A DNA stretch of 64,000 bases from Malacoraja senta (lineage: Eukaryota): contig CM075994.1 in assembly GCA_038087875.1 (NCBI GenBank), positions 7,132,001 through 7,196,000 on the forward strand, given 5' to 3'. How positions within the stretch are numbered: the stretch's first letter is position 1; every line of letters starts with the position of its first letter. Below the pieces are notes generated by a model. The model ran no database searches. It saw only the letters and a program-made list of their open reading frames with translations, and was not told the DNA's origin. Of the stretch, positions 60,055-64,000 are shown in pieces. Both the position numbers and the translations under genes were made by a program.

Positions 60055-63000
60055 CAGGGCCGGATTTAGATGAAGAGAAGCCCTAAGCTGTTCCAATTGT
60101 GAGGCCCCTCCCAAACCACCACCCCCACGACTAGAGAAAGATGGTCCACCAGATTGACACCGATTTGCAGCAGAGCGTGGCCAATGAGATAAGGGGCTGG
60201 AAAGCTGCGCTTTATTTATTTATTTATTTATTGCCTGTGCTAGTGTCGAGTTATTGGCTTAAAACACTATTATTCTGAAATGGAGGGCAAGGAAAATTAC
60301 TGATGGGTTGTTTAGAGACTACAGTGCGTTGTGACAGCATATGTAAGAAAGGCCTATGACAGTGTCAAAAATATGATACACCTTGCAGGGCTCTCACTTA
60401 ATTGTTTTTCTCTGTTGTCAGCCGGGCAACCTTGGCAGCTTTTTAAGTTGCCAAATGACAGTTTAGGTGGTCATTTAAGATGGCTTGCATGACGCGTGCG
60501 ATAATGTGCTTGGACGAAGTGCGTAGTTACCAGTTGGAATTATGCTCAATCAAGCATTCACAGATTATTTCTGCTTCAAATAAAGTCACAAACTAAACAT
60601 ATTCACCAATCAAGACATGATATATACAATGACATGCAGCAAAATTATAATACAGTATCTCAACTCTTTTTACACGTTGCAATGAATGCAATTTCTATTA
60701 TTTCTTTCCACTTCCAAACAAAAATGTGGTTGGATTATTCAGCGTATGATCAACCTCGGTGAGACCAAGCGCAGGCTTGGCGATCACTTCGCACAACACC
60801 TCCACTCAGTTCGCAATAACCAACCTGATCTCCCGGTGGCTCAACACTTCAACTCCCCTTCCCATTCCGAATCCGACCTTTCTGTCCTGCGCCCTCTCCA
60901 TGGCCAGAGTGAGGCCCACCGCATATTGGAGGAGCAGCACCTTATATTTGCTTGGGTAGTTTACACCCCAATGGTATGAACATTGGCTTCTCTAATTTCA
61001 GGTAGTCCTTGCTTTCTCCCTCCTTCCCCTCCCATTCCCAGCTCTCCCACAGCCTACTGTCTCCACCTCTTCCTTTCCTTTTCGTGTCCCCCCCCCCCCC
61101 CCGACATCAATCTGAAGAAGGGTCTCGACCCGAAATGTCGTCTATACCTTCGCTCCATAGATGCTGCCTTATCCGCTGATTTTCTCCAGCTTTTTTGTCT
61201 ACCAATGGGATCCCACCACTGGCCACATCTTCCCATCTCCTCCCTTGTTCGCTTTCCGCAGAGACCGCTCCCTCCATAACTCCCTGGTCAATTCGTCCCT
61301 TCCCACCCAAACCACCCTCTCTCCTGGCACTTGCCCTTGCAACTGCAGGAAATGCTACACTTGCAGCTTTACCTCCCCCCTTGACTCCATTCAAGGACCC
61401 AAGCAGTATTTCCAGGTGCGGCAGAGGTTCACCTGCACCTCCTCCAACCTCATCTATTGCATCCACTGCTCTAGGTGTCAGCTGCTCTACATCGGTGAGA
61501 CCAAGCGTAGGCTTGGCGATCGCTTCGCCCAACACCTCCGCTCGGTCCGCAATAACCAACTCGATCTCCCGGTAGCTCAGCACTTCAACTCCCCCTCCTA
61601 TTCCGAATCTGACCTTTCTGTCCTGAGCCTCTTCCATGGCCAGAGTGAGGCCCACCATAAATTGGAGGAGCAGCACCTCATATTTCGCTTGGGCAGTTTA
61701 CACCCCAGCGGTATGAACATTGACTTCTTCAATTTCAGGTAATCCCTGCTTTCTACTCCCCTTCCCAGCTCTCCCTCAGCCCACTGTCTCCGCCTCTTCC
61801 TTTCTCCTTCCCATCCCCCCCCACTCTCACATCAGTATGAAGAAGGGTCTCGACCCGAAACGTCGCCTATTTCGTTTGCTCCATAGATGCTGCCTCATCC
61901 GCTGAGTTTCTCCAGCATTTTTGTCTACCCATTCACACAAGCTCTGTTATCCCACTTTCCTCACCCACTCCCTACACATTAGGGGCAATTTTACAGAGAC
62001 AAGTTAACCTACAAAGCCAATGCGTCTTTGGGATGTGGGAGGAAACCCACACGCTTGCAGGGAGAATGTACAAATTCAACACAGACAGTGCCCGAGGACA
62101 GGATCGAACACAGATCTCTGGTGTGTGAGGCAGCAAGTCTACCAGCTGTGCTAATATATTTTGTTTTCCAACACACAAAAAATTATATGTTGATAACTTT
62201 GGTTACTAAAAAAATGAAAATATCCATTTTAAGTTTTAAATCTCCAAATTACGCTATGTCCCCCTTTACAGCTACTGTATGATTTGATTAAGTTCAAGAC
62301 TATGGGGCAGTATATTGGCCATAAAGTTGCTGTCTAAAAGTGCCAGAGACCCAGAATTGATCCTGAATATGGGTGCTGTCTGTATAGTTTGCTCCTTTTC
62401 CCTTTGATCGCATGGGTTTTCTCCGGGTGCTCTTGTTTCCTTCCACATTCCAAAGGTGTGCAGGAACCTATTTCAGACCCAACCCAAAACATTATATTTT
62501 CCTTTTGTCCAGAGATTCTGTCTGACCTGTTGAGTTACTCCAGCTTTTTGTGTCTACAGTATCTTCAGTTTAAACCAGCATCTGCAGTTCCTTCCTACAC
62601 ACACAATACCATACGATAGACCTTTATTAATCCCAGGAGGATTAATACACACACACACACACACACACACATTTATATATTTATATAGTTATATATTCAT
62701 ATATAAATATACACTGTTTTGTTTTCTCGTTTATAACATTGTTTACAGAGTACTATGTTTACATATCCTGTTGTGCTGCTGCAAGTAAGGATTTCATTGT
62801 TCTAACTGGGACGTGAGAGAATAAAACACTCTTGACTCTTGACTTACTCCGCTAATTGTGGGATAGAACTAGTGTACGGGTGATCGGTGGTCGGCGTGGA
62901 CTCGGTGGGCCGAAGGGCCTGTTTCTACGCTGTATCTTTAAATTAATCTAAAACACTAAAACCAGAGGGAGTCTAAAGAAGGGTCTCTACCCGAAACATT

Positions 63001-63963
63001 ACCCAATTTCTTCTATCCAGAGTTGCTGGCTGCTCCATGGAGTTCCCCCGCACAATTAAAGCATGGAATAGTCTTCACCCTACCAAAGTTACTCAACCAG
63101 ACGCAACTAAATTTAAGGTACCTCTTTTTTCCCCAAGAACCCTTGTTTGCTTAAGTCCAAGTCAAGAGTCAAGAGAGTTTTATTGTCATGTGTCCCAGAT
63201 AGGACAATGAAATTCTTGCTTGCTGCAGCACAACAGAATATGTGAACATAATACAGAACAGGAGATAAAAGTTCAGTGTGTTTATATACCATAGACCATA
63301 TATATACACAATAAATAAACAGATACAATGCAATAGGCTGTTATTGTTCAGCCCTCCACCACCTCCAGTTTAAAAATTCCATTTAGAATATTTATGGAGG
63401 ACCAGGAAACCAGAAGCAAGAGTTACTCCAGGGAGTTACTCCAGATCCAGGGTCAGGGAGTGATTCTGCGTTGGTTTTCAGCAGTCGCGGCGAGGTGGCG
63501 ACCGGACAGCAATGGCGGCCAGATCTCCCACAATGCAAAGGGAGGGAGAAAGTGCCCAGCGCCGACCAGTTGCCGTGGCAGTGCGCATGCGCACGGTGGC
63601 CGATGATGTGCTGGCCGTGGTTGTGCACATGTGCAAGGGGAGGATGTGTTGGCCATAGCAGTGCGCATGTGCAAGGCGGCCGGCCGTGCCGGCGGATGAG
63701 GAGCGAGTGGAGAATGGAGACCCGGACACGGATACGGATGGCGGGCGGAGACAGAGATTAACAGACAGAGAGAGATAGAGATAGAGAGGGGGGCCGCCCA
63801 GAGTTGAACGGCAGGTGTCCTGCCTTGGCCGGAGGCCGCCTAGAATTCGAGGCCCTGGGCTTCAGCCTATGAAGGCTAGTGGTAAATCCGGCTCTGCGAG
63901 GCCCCCCTTGATCTCGAGGCCCTAAGCTTAAGCTTGTCAAGCTTATACGTAAATCCGGCCCTG
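60055..63963. mobile_element. Non-autonomous hAT element filled with nested retroelements
   Basis: Perfect 14-bp TIR CAGGGCCGGATTTA (60055-60068) / TAAATCCGGCCCTG (63950-63963). 8-bp TSD ACAGAGAG at 60047-60054 and 63964-63971. Subterminal GAGGCCC motifs near both ends. Confidence 0.9.
60750..61930 (+). mobile_element. Penelope-like element 3' part: GIY-YIG endonuclease and tandem pseudo-LTRs
   Basis: FTCTSSNLIYCIHCSRCQLLYIGETKRRLGDRFAQH..VAQHFN. Partial tandem copy at 60750-61200. Confidence 0.92.
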
Positions 63964-64000
63964 ACAGAGAGAGAGGAGCAAGAGAAGGAGGGAAAAGTGA

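Overview
Eukaryotic genomic DNA, almost certainly a cartilaginous fish (skate, ray or shark), judged from abundant HE1-type tRNA/V-domain SINEs and HER1/CR1 LINEs. It is not prokaryotic, and no CRISPR array or operon is present. Most of the window is transposon-derived: CR1, Rex1/Babar, L1/Tx1, Penelope, Gypsy, Tc1, hAT, a Harbinger MITE and a foldback element. The dominant hidden structure is an old, diverged, giant inverted duplication, with a left arm at about 4.7-19.6 kb (containing a 200-N gap) and a right arm at about 38.7-60.0 kb. The arms are separated by a spacer of nested TEs. Each arm carries one copy of a single-coding-exon septin/AIG1-like TRAFAC P-loop GTPase with a Cys/His-rich cluster and coiled coils, and the two copies point outward. 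The right copy (50086-51957, +) is intact. The left copy (-) has one in-frame TAC>TAA stop, and its 5' part is lost in the gap. A non-autonomous hAT element carrying a phased CCAAT-box array and an ISRE-like motif occurs three times: complete with TSD just upstream of the intact GTPase exon, and truncated at the inner end of each arm. Repeat coordinates were read by eye and may be off by a few bases.
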